Below, piece by piece: positions 1 to 20,800 of a stretch of 64,000 nucleotides of DNA; position 1 is the first letter of the stretch, and each line of letters begins with the position of its first letter. This DNA is from Amoebidium appalachense. Taxonomy: Eukaryota; Protista; Ichthyosporea. Below the pieces are notes generated by a model that was given only the letters and a program-made list of their open reading frames with translations, was not told where the DNA came from and ran no database searches. The position numbers were made by a program, and so were the translations under genes. The stretch spans positions 10,628,161 to 10,692,160 of the forward strand of contig CAVNZM010000001.1 in assembly GCA_963693365.1 (NCBI GenBank), read 5' to 3'.

Positions 1-74
1 GTAAACGTCTCCGTCTTATCATAGTATTCGATTAGTAGACGGATATGCACGGAGAGGTGCTCCTCCCCACCTCC

Positions 75-111
<37 letters not shown>

Positions 112-217
112 CCGGGGGCACCTCTCCTCTCACTCTTTTATGATCAGTCTACTCCCTTCCCCCTCCCCCGGGGAACCCGGTGATCTGTGCACATGTGGTG
201 GTGGGTGCACATGTGCT

Positions 218-255
<38 letters not shown>

Positions 256-527
256 CCCTCCCAAAAAAACTCCCACCCACCACCACCACCACAAGACAGT
301 GATGCATAATTGCACATTCTTTTGCAGCTACAGTTTGATGATATTTACCCACCGTGTGCACCACTTGTGACCCCAGTCTTCCGAGGTGGTGTCACAGGTG
401 GGCGCCAACACCAATAAATTGACTGGTGATGGGTGTACAATCAAAGAAACTCAGCAGCACATATAATAACGTTGATGCTATACCCTGCCTAGTTAACGTA
501 ATAATTAGTGCACCATCGCACGAGTGA

Positions 528-558
<31 letters not shown>

Positions 559-629
559 GGGGGTGTTTTTGCCGCGCGGTACCCCTGATATTGTAGGTGT
601 ACACTGCCCCCACGACCCCAACTGTGTGC

Positions 630-1399
630 TGAATATCTCGTGCTAGGAAACCAATAACGCGAAAGTAACACATGCCGCATGATATATGATATATATGGTA
701 CAAGGGGGGTTTCAATCCGGGATACAATGTTGTGTTTTTTTCGTGTGACCCCCGTACTCCAGAGGCACATTCACCATCCCCCCTTAAACTTTGTGGTAAA
801 TTTCTCGTGCTAGAAGCTGTTCTGTGGGTAGTTATTGAAAAAACCAATAATGTGCAAGTAACACATGTACATATACTATGCTACAAGGGGGGTTCTATTC
901 GAGCTACAACGTTGTGTTTTTTTCGTGTGACCCTCGTAGTCCAGGGGCACATTCACCATCCCCCCATAAACTTTGTGGTAAATTTCTCGTGCTAGAAGCT
1001 GTTCTGTGGGTAGTTATTAAAAAACCAATAATGTCTAGGTTACATATGTACATAAACTATGCTACAAGGGGGGTTCTATACGAGCTACAACGTTGTGTTT
1101 TTTTCGTGTGACCCTCGTACTGCAGGGGCACATTCACCATCCCCGCCATAACGTTTTGGTAAATTTCTCGTGCTAGAGGCTGTTCTGTGGGTAGTTATTG
1201 AAAAACCAATAATGTCTAGGTTACACATGGACATATACTATGCTAAAGGGGGGTTCTATACGAGCTACAACGTTGTGTTTTTTTCGTGTGACCCTCGTAC
1301 TCCAGGGGCACATCACCATCCCCCCTTATAATTTGTGGTGGATTTCTCGTGCTAGAAGCTACTCTGTGGGTAGTTATTGAAAAATCCCGATGCTTATAA
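630..1399. repeat. Tandem array of about 4 copies of a ~182-bp unit
   Basis: The unit 'tacaaggggggtt...gttgtgttttttcgtgtgaccc...gggtagttattgaaaaaaccaataatg' recurs at ~699, ~882, ~1063 and ~1243. The last unit is cut by the Ngaro insertion and appears to resume at 5672 (tataa|gtaac). Confidence 0.9.
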
Positions 1400-1488
1400 T
1401 CTATGAAAACTACTCCGGGACGTGTGTTGCCTCTAGGGGGACATCCCCTTGGACGAAAGTGATCCACGCAATAAAAAGTGTGTAAACC

Positions 1489-1708
1489 TTTTTTTTTTTC
1501 TTTTGACTGGATTTATTCGACGGAAAGATATGCAAGTATGCACGGCATACTGAGAAGACAATAAAAACTTCACGAGTTATCCAGTAACAAGCGCATACTG
1601 AGATACCTGAACACTGTGTGAAAATCATATAAATACTCAATGTGACGACCAACAGAATTCAACAAAAAGTCTAAAGTGTTCACATTGCCAGCTAGTGTAG
1701 CAGATACC
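1489..1708 (-). mobile_element. 5'-truncated LINE 3' end with poly(A) tail, inside Ngaro repeat B2
   Basis: Near-identical to ~32230-32434, the 3' end of the large LINE. Poly-T at 1489-1499 on the + strand. Confidence 0.9.
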
Positions 1709-2341
1709 AACCTGCAATGGTTGTCACACCACGGCAAGCCCAGCCCCCAGCCATCAATTTATTGATCCGTGAGGTCCTTGTGCCCAAAAAACGGGGGAAG
1801 TCTTCGCCCCGTGAAAAAACAGCACGTATGTGTGGGTCAATGGGGGTTGAGTGTGGGTGTAGGTGGGTGGGTGAAAAGAAAATATAGCTGTAAGGGCTGT
1901 AGGTGCTCAACACAGAAGATGTGTTTGTAGCTTGCTGATCTGCTAAAAACTGTCCGACGTGCTTATATACATAAGCCTACCGATCCGAGCCAATCAAAAT
2001 CGATCTAGTGATATGTGAAATCTGATCCGAGCCAATCAAAATCGGTCTAGTGATATGTGGAATCGGACGTTTTGATTGGCTACTAGGTGCACGTGTGCGG
2101 GCAGCCAACCGCGAGCTGCTAAAACACGAAACGAAGCCTACATGGTTATGTCGATACCGAACACCCATCCTACGTGTTTACCCAGAAAAATATTTATGTC
2201 AATGAATTCCACAAATAAAAAACCTCTATGAAAACTACTCCGGGACATGTGTTGCCTCTAGGGGGACATCCCCTTGGACGAAAGTGAACCTGCAATGGTT
2301 GTAAACCACGGCACGAGAGCAGTATGCTTGCTCCAAAGGTT

Positions 2342-2562
2342 TCACTTACGAATAGAGGCGAATACACGTTTGGTAGTGGCAGCAATGGAGGCCGGGCGAA
2401 GTCGAGTATACTTCAGGAAACAGTCGGAGGACCATCTGCCGAGTTGTTTGATCCGGGATCGTCGACCCCGGCCTCAGCCAGGGCTGTGGCCCCCACAATT
2501 CGGAGGCTGTGGCCGGCAAACCGGGAGGGTGAGAGGCCAGCCCGGGAGAGGAGGGCACGGAA
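2342..2562 (-). pseudogene. Tyrosine recombinase C-terminal remnant (not in the ORF track)
   Basis: Manual translation: FRALLSRAGLSPSRFAGHSLRIVGATALAEAGVDD-(frameshift)-IKQLGRWSSDCFLKYTR. This carries the HxxR...W...Y catalytic motifs and is joined directly to the truncated RNase H by a deletion. Confidence 0.88.
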
Positions 2563-4030
2563 TAAGTTTGGCCATCACGGGGTGGGGGGAAGACCGGGAG
2601 TGCAGGTCAGACACAGCACCCGTGTTGTCGCATAAAATATGGACATGGTGGGTGGACCAGGAGGGGGCCCAGAGGGCCACGGCGGCTGCGATGGCCAAGA
2701 GTTCGATGACGGAAGAACCGAGTTTACCCTCATGAGCATAGAGGGCTTGGGTGGAGGGAGGCCAGGGCATGAAAAACCATTGGTCGAGCCAGTGGCCCCC
2801 TAGACCAACTGATCCGGCAGCATCGGTGGCCAGGGTGGTGTATGTGGGGGGTGTGATAAGGTGCACCCCATTACATGATGTGAGGAACTGGTGCCATTCG
2901 GCTATGTCTGCCCGGGCGGCAGCAGTCAGCCGTATGTGGTGGTAGCCGGCAAGGTGCCAGTGTGGGTGGGTCCGGAGAAGGGCCCATAGGCGCTGGGAGA
3001 AGGCCCTCCCGGGGGGAACCAGCTGGGCACACCAGGTGAGTTTGCCGCGGAGGGATTGCAGGTCCCGAATGGTGATGGTGGGTTTTGGGTGGGAAGTGAG
3101 GCCGAGTAGGTCCGAGAGTTTGGAAGCAGGGATCCGTGCCTCCATGGTGACGGAGTCGAATTCGATACCGATGAAGACAATATGGGTAGCCGGGCCCTGC
3201 ATCTTGTCTTCGGAGATGGCAATGTGCAGCTCTCGGCAGAGTTGCAGGAAGGTGGATAGGTGACGTTGGCACTGCTCTTGGGTGGGGGCGACTATAATCC
3301 AGTCGTCTACGTAGTGGCGGATGAGGGTAACACCGTGCTGGTGTGCCAGCCACTGGAGGGTGGCCGCGATCCGTTCCCAGATGGCTGGGCTAGAGTTCAG
3401 GCCGAAGGGCAGTCTGGTGTCAACGTAAAAATGCCCCTGCCATTTGAATGCCATTAAATGATGGTCATCTGGTCGGATGGGCATGTGCCGGAAGGCAGCC
3501 TGCACATCTGCCACGGCCATGTAGCAGCCTGGGCCTGCGTCGAGAATGAGCTGGGTGACGTCCCGGGCTCGAATGTACTGAAGTTCGTCGGGGTAGGTGA
3601 TGCTGTCATTGACACTGCTGCCCCGGGGCCATGAGAGGTGGTGGATTCGACGGTACTTGGGGGGGGTTCCCCTTTTTAGTAACGGCGCCGATGGGGGAGG
3701 AACGGTGGACCGGAAATTTGGCAAAGAATTGGTCTGGGGAGAGGGGGCCGCGCATGTGGCCGAGGGCGACTTCTTTGGCAATATCCGCCGTGATAGCGGC
3801 AGCTGCATCCGGGGTGGTGGGTAGGTTGGGGCCCACCCGAGAGGTAGAGGGGCCGCCATAGCCGATGTCGACACCGAACTCGACATCGTGGAGGAGCTGC
3901 GCGGCGAATGATTGGTCTGGGTAGGAGGCCAGCAGCTCCCGGAGGCGGGAGGTGTCAATGTGGTGCTGGGGCAGCGGGCGGGCCTCCGGGTCTGAGCCTC
4001 GGGGGAAGGTGTGGTTAGCAAGGGTGGGAC
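2563..4030 (-). pseudogene. Ngaro reverse transcriptase / RNase H (frameshifted, 3'-truncated)
   Basis: RT motifs ADVQAAFRHMPI, LPFGLNSSPAIW, YVDDW and FIGIEFDS. RNase H motifs TDAAGSVGLGG, IELLAI and CDNTGAV. Upstream LRELLASYPDQ...GVDIGY lies in another frame. Confidence 0.93.
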
Positions 4031-4439
4031 ACCCTCGGGGAGATCCCGGCAGCGGGGGGAGGGGGGGGGGGGGGGGAGGGGGGAGGGGGGGGGCAGGGCC
4101 CCCGGAGGGTTAGAGTAGGGCAGCTGGGCCCGAGGGAGGGTTTGCAGGGAGGGCAGCGGGGCCCTGGGCAAGGGATGCCCGAGCACGCGGGGGTGTGGGC
4201 GGACACAGAGTTAGAAGAAGGGGGGGAGGGAGTGCTAGGTGAGTGTAAGGGGGTGGAGGCTCGTGGGATGGGGGGGAGTAAAATTATGTGCAGTGGCCAG
4301 AATAATGTCTTTGTGTAGGGACATTTATTCTTGGCGTGCGCGCCGTAGTTGGCCTGCGAAAATTTGTACTCAGCCCTAGTGGCCTGTTCTCCCGAGCTCC
4401 GTTTCCTTGTACCCGTGTATCCTAGCTCCTAGCCCCTAT

Positions 4440-5286
4440 GTTCTATCTGTGTGTGTGGGTGTGCGCGAAGACTAGGCATTGTGCTTGCAGTCTTTGCGGG
4501 GGTGTGTGCCAGAGCAGAGCGGGGCACATGTGGGAGAAGGGGCAGGGCTGCTTAGCGCAGGACCGACCGTTAATGTGGAAATTCCTGCAGTGCGTCACGG
4601 GTAGATCCACGGGTCGGGCCGGTTTTGCCGGGCCGGGTTGCGGGCCAGGGCGGTTGGGGGTTGTCCCCCGCCGGGCTTGTGGGGCGGCTTGAAGCCATCA
4701 AGACCACAGCCGGGCTTGGGGTACATGGCACAGGCCGTGCTGGGGTGGTCGGGGAAGCCACAGCGCTGACATGCGTCCGGGATGAGCAGAGTGGGTGGCA
4801 GGAGGAGATCCTGGTGGAGTTGGGCGAGCAGGTTGGGACACTCGATCGGAGCCCGACCCTGCTGGTGGGCAACTGTACGGGCGTACACGTCGTAGTTGTG
4901 GATCTGGGCCCACAGGTATCGGGTGCTGAGGCGAGTGATGTGCTGAGTCCAAAGTACGTCCTTGTCCGTGGGGAGGTCGAGGTGGTGCTTGGCGGCCATG
5001 TAATGGGTCCAAGCTTGGATCCAAATGACGAGGGAACGCAGGAGAACGGGTTTGTCATTGCGAAAAGTCTCGATGCTGCCGTCATTGGCGGGGACGGCGG
5101 GGCCTGAGGAGGGACTTCAGGAGTAGAGGGGAGAGTAGCCGGAGGGTCCGTGGTTGTATTGGCCTCCGGAGGCGCGTCAGTGCCCGCGGGAGCGTTGGTC
5201 AGCCTGATGCGGAGATCGCTGCGGGTCAGGCGCTTAGGTGCCGCGGCAGGGGCGGTGGCTGAGGCCTGGCGCTTTTTTGGCGGCAT
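4440..5286 (-). pseudogene. Ngaro gag-like ORF1 (frameshifted)
   Basis: Starts MPPKKRQ at 5286. Contains the CCHC knuckle CQRCGFPDHPSTAC and, across frameshifts, the Ngaro-type CRNFHINGRSCAKQPCPFSHMC-PLCSGTHPRKDC finger. Confidence 0.8.
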
Positions 5287-5843
5287 GCTGACCGGCGTAG
5301 GGAAAGATAGGGAGAATGAAATGAAAAGAAAATATAGCTGTAAGGGCTGTAGGTGCTCAACACAGAAGATGTGTTTGTAGCTTGCTGATCTGCTAAAAAC
5401 TGTCGTGCTTATATGATACCTAAGCCTACCGATCCGAGCCAATCAAAATCGATCTAGTGATATGTGAAATCTGATCTGAGCCAATCAAAATCGGTCTAGT
5501 GATATGTGGAATCGGACGTTTTGATTGGCTAATAGGTGCCCGTGTGCGGGCAGCCAACCGCGAGCTGCTAAAACACGATACGACGCCTACATAGTTATGT
5601 CGATACCGAACACCCATCCTGCGTGTTTACCCAGAAAAATATTTGCGTCAATAAATTCCACAAATAAAACCGTAACGAATGCACAAATTGTCATCATAGC
5701 ATTATACTACCATAGTAGTTGGTCGACAATAACGATATATTGGGAACGTGGACACCAATTGTAAACCAAAAAATAATAACACCATAATATTCTACACATA
5801 CCTAACAATGTATTGTGAATGAATAAATTACTTGCTTACCGTA

Positions 5844-6590
<747 letters not shown>

Positions 6591-7319
6591 GATGTAATTA
6601 TGGAAGCTACTGAAATCCGGTAGGGGGAAACTGTCTGTGTATATTTGGGCTACGTTTGGAGGGGCTTGTGTGATTGGCGACGTGTAAGAACTAGGCACAT
6701 TTAGGTCAGTGGTGAGGCAATCGTTCCTTCTCCGCAATTACTGAGTCAAATTACTATACTGATTATCGACCTGTTCTGTTCTGTTCCTGTTTACCATTGG
6801 TCAGTCTACCTTTCGATCTTCAAGTAACTGTTTGGCCCGAGTACACTTTTCTATTCCTACATTTGCGCATGATGTACATGAACAGGCGCCTTTTTGACGC
6901 ATTGTGTAGTTTCGGGTGACAGTGTGCAGCATTCTTTCGTTTTCACCAACAAGATCGATGTGAAATTTTGGCACGATTTATTTTTATGTTATTCTGTACT
7001 TAACGTGCTCACCAGGGAGAATGGGTTGTGGGTACCGGTGGTGTATCATGGGGGAAGGGAGGGTTGGTACTTTGAGGGGAGGGAGGGGAGGGGGGGGGGG
7101 GGGGGGGAAGGTGAGGGAGAGAAGAAAAAGACAGGTGACATCAGACACGTGTGTACAAGGAGACACACAACCACACACCCACACACATAAATACGTGGGA
7201 CCGTGCACACACACACTGATATGCACACACCGCACTCGTGCTAGCACACACGCCCTTATCACCCGCACGCACACGCACACACCCAACCCTCAACCTTTGA
7301 ACACACCCCGACACATACC

Positions 7320-7325
7320 CACCAA

Positions 7326-7360
<35 letters not shown>

Positions 7361-7468
7361 GTGACACACACACACACACACACAAACACGCACACACCGT
7401 ACACGCACACACACACACATACACGCGCGCGCGCACACACACACACACACACACGCACGCACACACAC

Positions 7469-7519
<51 letters not shown>

Positions 7520-8020
7520 CACGCCCACGCACACGCCGGCCCTGCCGGCCCTGCCCGCACCCGTGACCCCGACCCCACCGTGACCCCGACCCACACCGTG
7601 ACCCGCGAACCCACCGTGACCCCGAGGCACACCGACGGGGACGACCCACACCGTAACCCCGTAACACCGACACAGACCGTAACACCGACACCCACCGTAA
7701 CACTGACACACACCGTAACACCGACACACACGCACAGGATGCCACACACGCACAGGATACCACCCACGCACACGCACACACCACCGTAACACCACCTTAA
7801 CACCGACACACGCACAGGATGCCATACATGCACACACACACACCCAACCCACTATCTATGACGCACACCCACCCACTATGACACACACCCAACTATGACA
7901 CCCACCCAGGCCACTATGACACACACACCCACCAAGACCCCAACCCACGTGCGTGCACCCTCCCCATATGACACACCCACCCACTATGACACCCCCCATC
8001 CCACTACGATACACACATCC
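7320..8020. repeat. (CA)n microsatellite followed by minisatellites of 'caccgtgaccccgac' and 'ccactatgacacaccc' units
   Basis: Degenerate units of roughly 15-20 bp repeated at 7558-7810 and 7848-8015. Confidence 0.85.
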
Positions 8021-8134
8021 CAGGTGTAACGGATAAATAAAATATCATGGCTTCTATTTTGCTGAGCATATCAATAAAGTCATTATAAAAAAAAATATCA
8101 TCTTATCATACAGCCACGAGGATGGTGCGCGTTC

Positions 8135-8475
8135 AGCCAGTCTCTTTGGAGACCTTCTCAGGCCGGGCCTCTGACCAGCTGTTGAGGTTCATATACGCCT
8201 GGGTTCCTAAAGACGAACTCATGGCTACTCTATGCTCATATATGGAGCAATTTACTAAAATATTTAAAACCTTGCCGGCCATTTAGATGTGAAATGTGTG
8301 CGGTGGGATGCGTGAGATTCGTGCATGCACGTGTTCACGATGTTGCTGCATGCAGCAAATTCAAATGGTGGTGATGGCCATGTAGTAATGGTGGAGATAA
8401 ATGTTTTCAACAGTGAATGGGTTGTTAAGAAGCTTCGAGGGGGGAATGGTGGTGGTGGTGGTGGTGGGTGGGTGG

Positions 8476-8513
<38 letters not shown>

Positions 8514-8963
8514 TAGGGTGGTAAGTTGACGAGTAGCTTCGAATTCAACATCCGAGCCCGCAAGGTGCCGGAATCCGTTCAAGATGTCGATAAATTTCAT
8601 GTTCACATTGGATTGTACGAGCATGTCCGGATCCCAGTGTGCGTGCACAATTACTCTATTTTCGTTAACGTTAGCTGAAGCATGAATGATGATATACTGT
8701 AGATTACTCGGAAGAGGGCAAGGGAGATTGGCCTTTTTTTTTTGTTTGGGGGGGGGGAGGGGGGGAATCGATGGATCTTCGAATGTAAGATCGCTCAGCA
8801 GCCTTGGGTCGGACAACCCCATTTCTTAAAAAAGTCTCTCAATCATGAACAACACGAGCCTCCCTCGAATATTGCTAGAGCTGGGTGGAAACACAGTTTC
8901 ACACACGGATACCCTCTCGTGGGTAAATCGCAATGGGGGGGGACTCACAAGTGGAAAGACATG
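8135..8963 (-). pseudogene. Possible second GFRP-like gene or pseudogene (exon fragments)
   Basis: Exon ~8697-8532 after an AG acceptor reads YIIIHASANVNENRVIVHAHWDPDML...EAT. Downstream ~8280-8135 reads KVLNILVNCSIYEHRVAMSSSLG, resembling the neighbouring gene. Exon phases could not be fully reconciled. Confidence 0.35.
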
Positions 8964-10080
8964 ATATCGAGCCGCATGCGCACTGCACTGTTCTCGTCTT
9001 TAAAGTCCACTAATAAACGACGAAACCAACCAAGAAGAAATGGGAAGGAAAAAAAAACGAAAAAAAAAAAAAAAAAGGGAAGGTGGACATGTCTGCCCCA
9101 CAGGCAAGCGTCATTCATATATATCAGACAGGTGTACGCAAAGTACACACACTCCGGACTAGTAACATTCCCAAAAACCTCTACACATGTATACCACACT
9201 AAGGCGTGGGCCATCTTCACATTCTGGTCACGGTGCTCACTACTAAACCTAGGTAGTCACTGAGTACCAGAAGAGCAATAAATATTCTCATAAAACTTGA
9301 CGCAAATCATCATATGCAAATTCACTTATTGGCTCACACAGATTCATCCTCGAGCTTTTGAATTTCGAACAAGTATATACAAAAAGAGGTGGTCGTGTAT
9401 GCGTAAAGAAACTTGTGCTTGTATATCTAAGCAGGTGGCAGGCGAAAAAGTGTGTGTGTGTTCAGATGGGTGGGTGGAAGGGGGGGGGAGGGGGGGGAGT
9501 AGTGGGAGGGGGGAAGGGATCGACGAATCAGGAAAAACAAGCTCATCCAATCCCACATGCATAGACAAAAAAAACAACGACAAACATATCTTTCCCCAAA
9601 TCTAATCAAGAATATTAATTAAAACCAACCAAAATTGTCGCCACATGCTTCTACCTCCCCCCCCCTCCCCCCTCCCCCTCCCCCTCCGGGCCCACTCTTT
9701 CCCTCACTAATTTCATATGTTTTTTTTTCAACCCCCTCCGTCCTTCCCTCCCTCCCCCCCTCCCCCTCTCGTCATCTTGGCCCTAAACCCCCCTAAAACA
9801 ACCACCAATCTCATGTCGGACCCAGAAAACACGTGCACATTCAGTTTAAAGAACCCTAACGAAACAGGTGCCTGCACGTGCAGACACACGCCCTCTCCAC
9901 TCACTGTGGGGGTGGGAGCTTTTTCAGTGCAGAGGGAGAAAGCGGTGGCCCTTCTGCTGTTCCTTCCTCCTCGTCCAATAGGCTGTTGCGCCGATTCAAT
10001 CCCTCCCAGCTAGAACTGTGGGGGGGGGGGGGGGGGGGGAGGGAGAGGGGAGGATCAGGAGGAGGGGGCCCGGGGAGGGG

Positions 10081-10120
<40 letters not shown>

Positions 10121-10614
10121 GGGGGGGGCTACTCAGTTAGCAGCTCACTCGGATGAATAAAAAACCACTAAAAACAGTAGAATATCGCAATATCTCAAAA
10201 AAAGTTTGTATCGGCCAATTATTCAGGCGCGATCTGACAAAATAGCCATACTAATTAATAGACATTTGGACGGGAAGTTTTGGCACGCAAAAAAAAAGTT
10301 TACAAAACAATCAAAAAGGTAGGAATATCATAATGAATGAGCAGGGTTGTACAAGTTCAAGAAGTGATGGCGGTTCAATATTTTGCGCAATACAACCAAA
10401 ATCCATGTACCCACGAAAATGGGGAGGGAACTGAGACGTGTGTTTGGGGTAAGTTCGGGCTGCCACAACATTTTCCAGCTTACCAACCCGTGTAGGAAAC
10501 ATAAAGCGGAGAGCAAAGTTGTAGCAGAGGGGATGGAGGGGGACGGGAGGGAGGGAGGGTGAATGGGAGAGCGGCGAGGGTGGTGGTGGTGGTGGTGGCG
10601 GTGGTGGTGGTGGT

Positions 10615-10647
<33 letters not shown>

Positions 10648-10849
10648 GGGTGGATTGATAGGTGGAACAACCCCAAAAGGAGAGTCTCAAAGCGCGAAAA
10701 CGAGACGTTCAATGTTGGGGATGGGGTATGGGGGACGGAAGGGTACCAGCGTCTCAGCTCAGTGTATGACAAGTCATCACTCTCTTGCCTGCAAGAATTA
10801 ACCGATGAATAGCCTGAATGACGAACACCTATCTAGAAATTTGGGGCGT

Positions 10850-10889
<40 letters not shown>

Positions 10890-11245
10890 AAATGCAGTCG
10901 AGAGTGGAACGAACGAGCAAACAGGAAACGACAAAAGCACAATACGAAACCAGAACACTGGTGCGGGCAGAAAGATGTTACAATCAAGCCCATCCTCAGG
11001 TAGGCTCTTATGCGTCAACAAATTAGCAGATTCCGAATTTGAAACCCTCTGCTCCCATCCATCCCTGGCTTTCCTTTAACGGGAGTAGGTAAATCAAGAA
11101 AATACTACACACATTGAAAAAAAGGGAAGAAAAAAAAAAGGGAAAAAAAAAAGAAGAAGGAAAAAAAAAAAACCCGACACGGTGAAAGAGAGAAAGAAGA
11201 GGCGAGAGCTAGCACATGTACAGTTCTCATTGGGAAGGAGGGCAC

Positions 11246-15422
<4,177 letters not shown>

Positions 15423-17115
15423 TCTTCTTGGTGTCTGGTAGTTTCTACGAATTAGTGTGTGTGCGTGTGTGTGTGGAAGTTTCTGATGGCTTGTTTCTGG
15501 AGACACTAGAAGTGTTTTGTGAAATGTGAAAGGTAGCTTTGCTGTTGGGTAAATGACAACTGCCTGTGAGAGGGTCCAGGTCAACGGAGGATCCAAAGGT
15601 TCACTTCAACAATGCACCTCTAAAACCAACCATTAGCAACTATTAGGCGTATGGCTCGCCCTTAACCCATGCCAACTACCAAGCCACACATCACACCCAC
15701 ACACACATTTGCCGCACACCAGACACACACACACCCAAATACGTCCCCAAGGGAGGCTCCCCTACGAAGTTTTGGTCGCTTTTGTTGCGCTGCAGCTCGA
15801 TCAGTCAGCCGCGCAAATTTTTGAGGAACCGATGGATGACGTCATTTTTTACGCCAGAGAGATTTTTTGGCCTACACCAATCGTTGGGCCTTATCTTTAA
15901 CCATATGCGATTTATTGCTTGCCATTTTTGGAAGGTAAAATATAGTGAGCCCCCCGATTCTAGTCTACCAATTTGGACGTCATTTCTTCTCGACTATTTT
16001 CAAAGCATTTGAAACATAGTTTTTTGAGTCTACACTTTAGGTTGCACCCGGTACTTTTTCCGAGCAGTCCGTCCGAAAGAGTTCACAAATATTCTGCTTT
16101 TTCGACTTCAAGCTGTTTGTTGTCAAGCTCTTTGCCATATACATACACCCTTAACTTACCGTGCAGTCAACCCCTCTCTCCTTTTTTTTTATACAAGTAA
16201 TACCCATCGGAGTAAACCCCACACCCATATACCCCCGTGTGTACGACCAAGTAGGTGAGTTCTGACGTCTGCTTGCCTGCTACCGTACTCTCGCTCTACC
16301 CTTGTCCGTTTTCCTCCGTTCAGTCCCTTCCTCATTATAAGTCTTTCCCCTTGACCCATTACTAGTAACCCGCCTCCTAGAATTCAACGCCTGCCTTCCC
16401 CACCTTCTCGACGACACTCTGTCGACCCGGCAATCTCTTTCCCCACCACACTAAGCCTTCTGCACACCCATTACCACTAAGCCTTCTGCACACCCATTAC
16501 CAAATAACCTTTCACGCTGCATATACCTACTCGCACGGCTTCTCAGGTTTTCTTACAGCTTTTTGATATTCCTCGAACCCCCTTAGATGCATCTCATCTA
16601 ACTCAAAGTCCATAACTTTGCTGTGCACACACACACACACCGAACACATGTGGACACCCTTACGTTCAATTGTGGTTGTTCAATGCCAAGCACACACCGT
16701 AGTGTTTGTACAGGCAGCGGCTATCACATTTACATGGCGTACACACTCGCACATGCTGCAGAGGAACACGCATACGCGCATATTCAGGGCACATGCACAC
16801 TCCCACATACCGTTATGCACACAGAGAAAGGGTATGCTATTTTTTTTCAAAGCGCATACACGACGAAGAAACACCCTGGTTGGGCAGGGGTTTAGCATGG
16901 TACTTCAGCGACGAGTGTGTCTAGATTTACCTGCTTGCTTGTGGGTGTCGCCTTTCCTACTGACTTACGGATGTGTGATTGGTGTGTATTTGAGTTGTCT
17001 GTCATGATTCGGTTGAGAGACTGTGTATGAAGTTGGCTCCAGGTATGTGAGCCCCTAACTAATTTACCCTATTATCTAAAGTACCCATCCAATCGAGGGG
17101 GAAGGTTGGGGGGAA

Positions 17116-17149
<34 letters not shown>

Positions 17150-17239
17150 CGAAGGGAGGGAGAGCTTGAAGGGTGATGAGGTTGCCTCCTTCGTGCGTCA
17201 TATATGGGGTGCTTACATGATCCCCTGGTTCCAGGAAAA

Positions 17240-20800
<3,561 letters not shown>

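Larger units (their letters stand above)
1400..5671 (-). mobile_element. Ngaro (DIRS-order) tyrosine-recombinase retrotransposon, internally deleted
   Basis: Split direct repeats in canonical A1-ORFs-B1-A2-B2 order on the minus strand: A1 5671-5324, B1 ~2312-2225, A2 ~2224-1873, B2 ~1737-1709 plus 1462-1400. Gag, RT/RNase H and a YR C-terminus lie between. No TSD, as expected for YR integration. Confidence 0.93.

Noticed and set aside
630-1399. Tandem units as a possible CRISPR array
   Set aside because: The whole unit is repeated, there are no unique spacers or cas genes, and the context is eukaryotic.
15660-16160. MITE-like stretch between the divergent genes
   Set aside because: No convincing TIR pair or TSD could be found.
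16447-16502. 26-bp tandem duplication (another short duplication lies at 14779-14930)
   Set aside because: Simple local duplications with no further structure.
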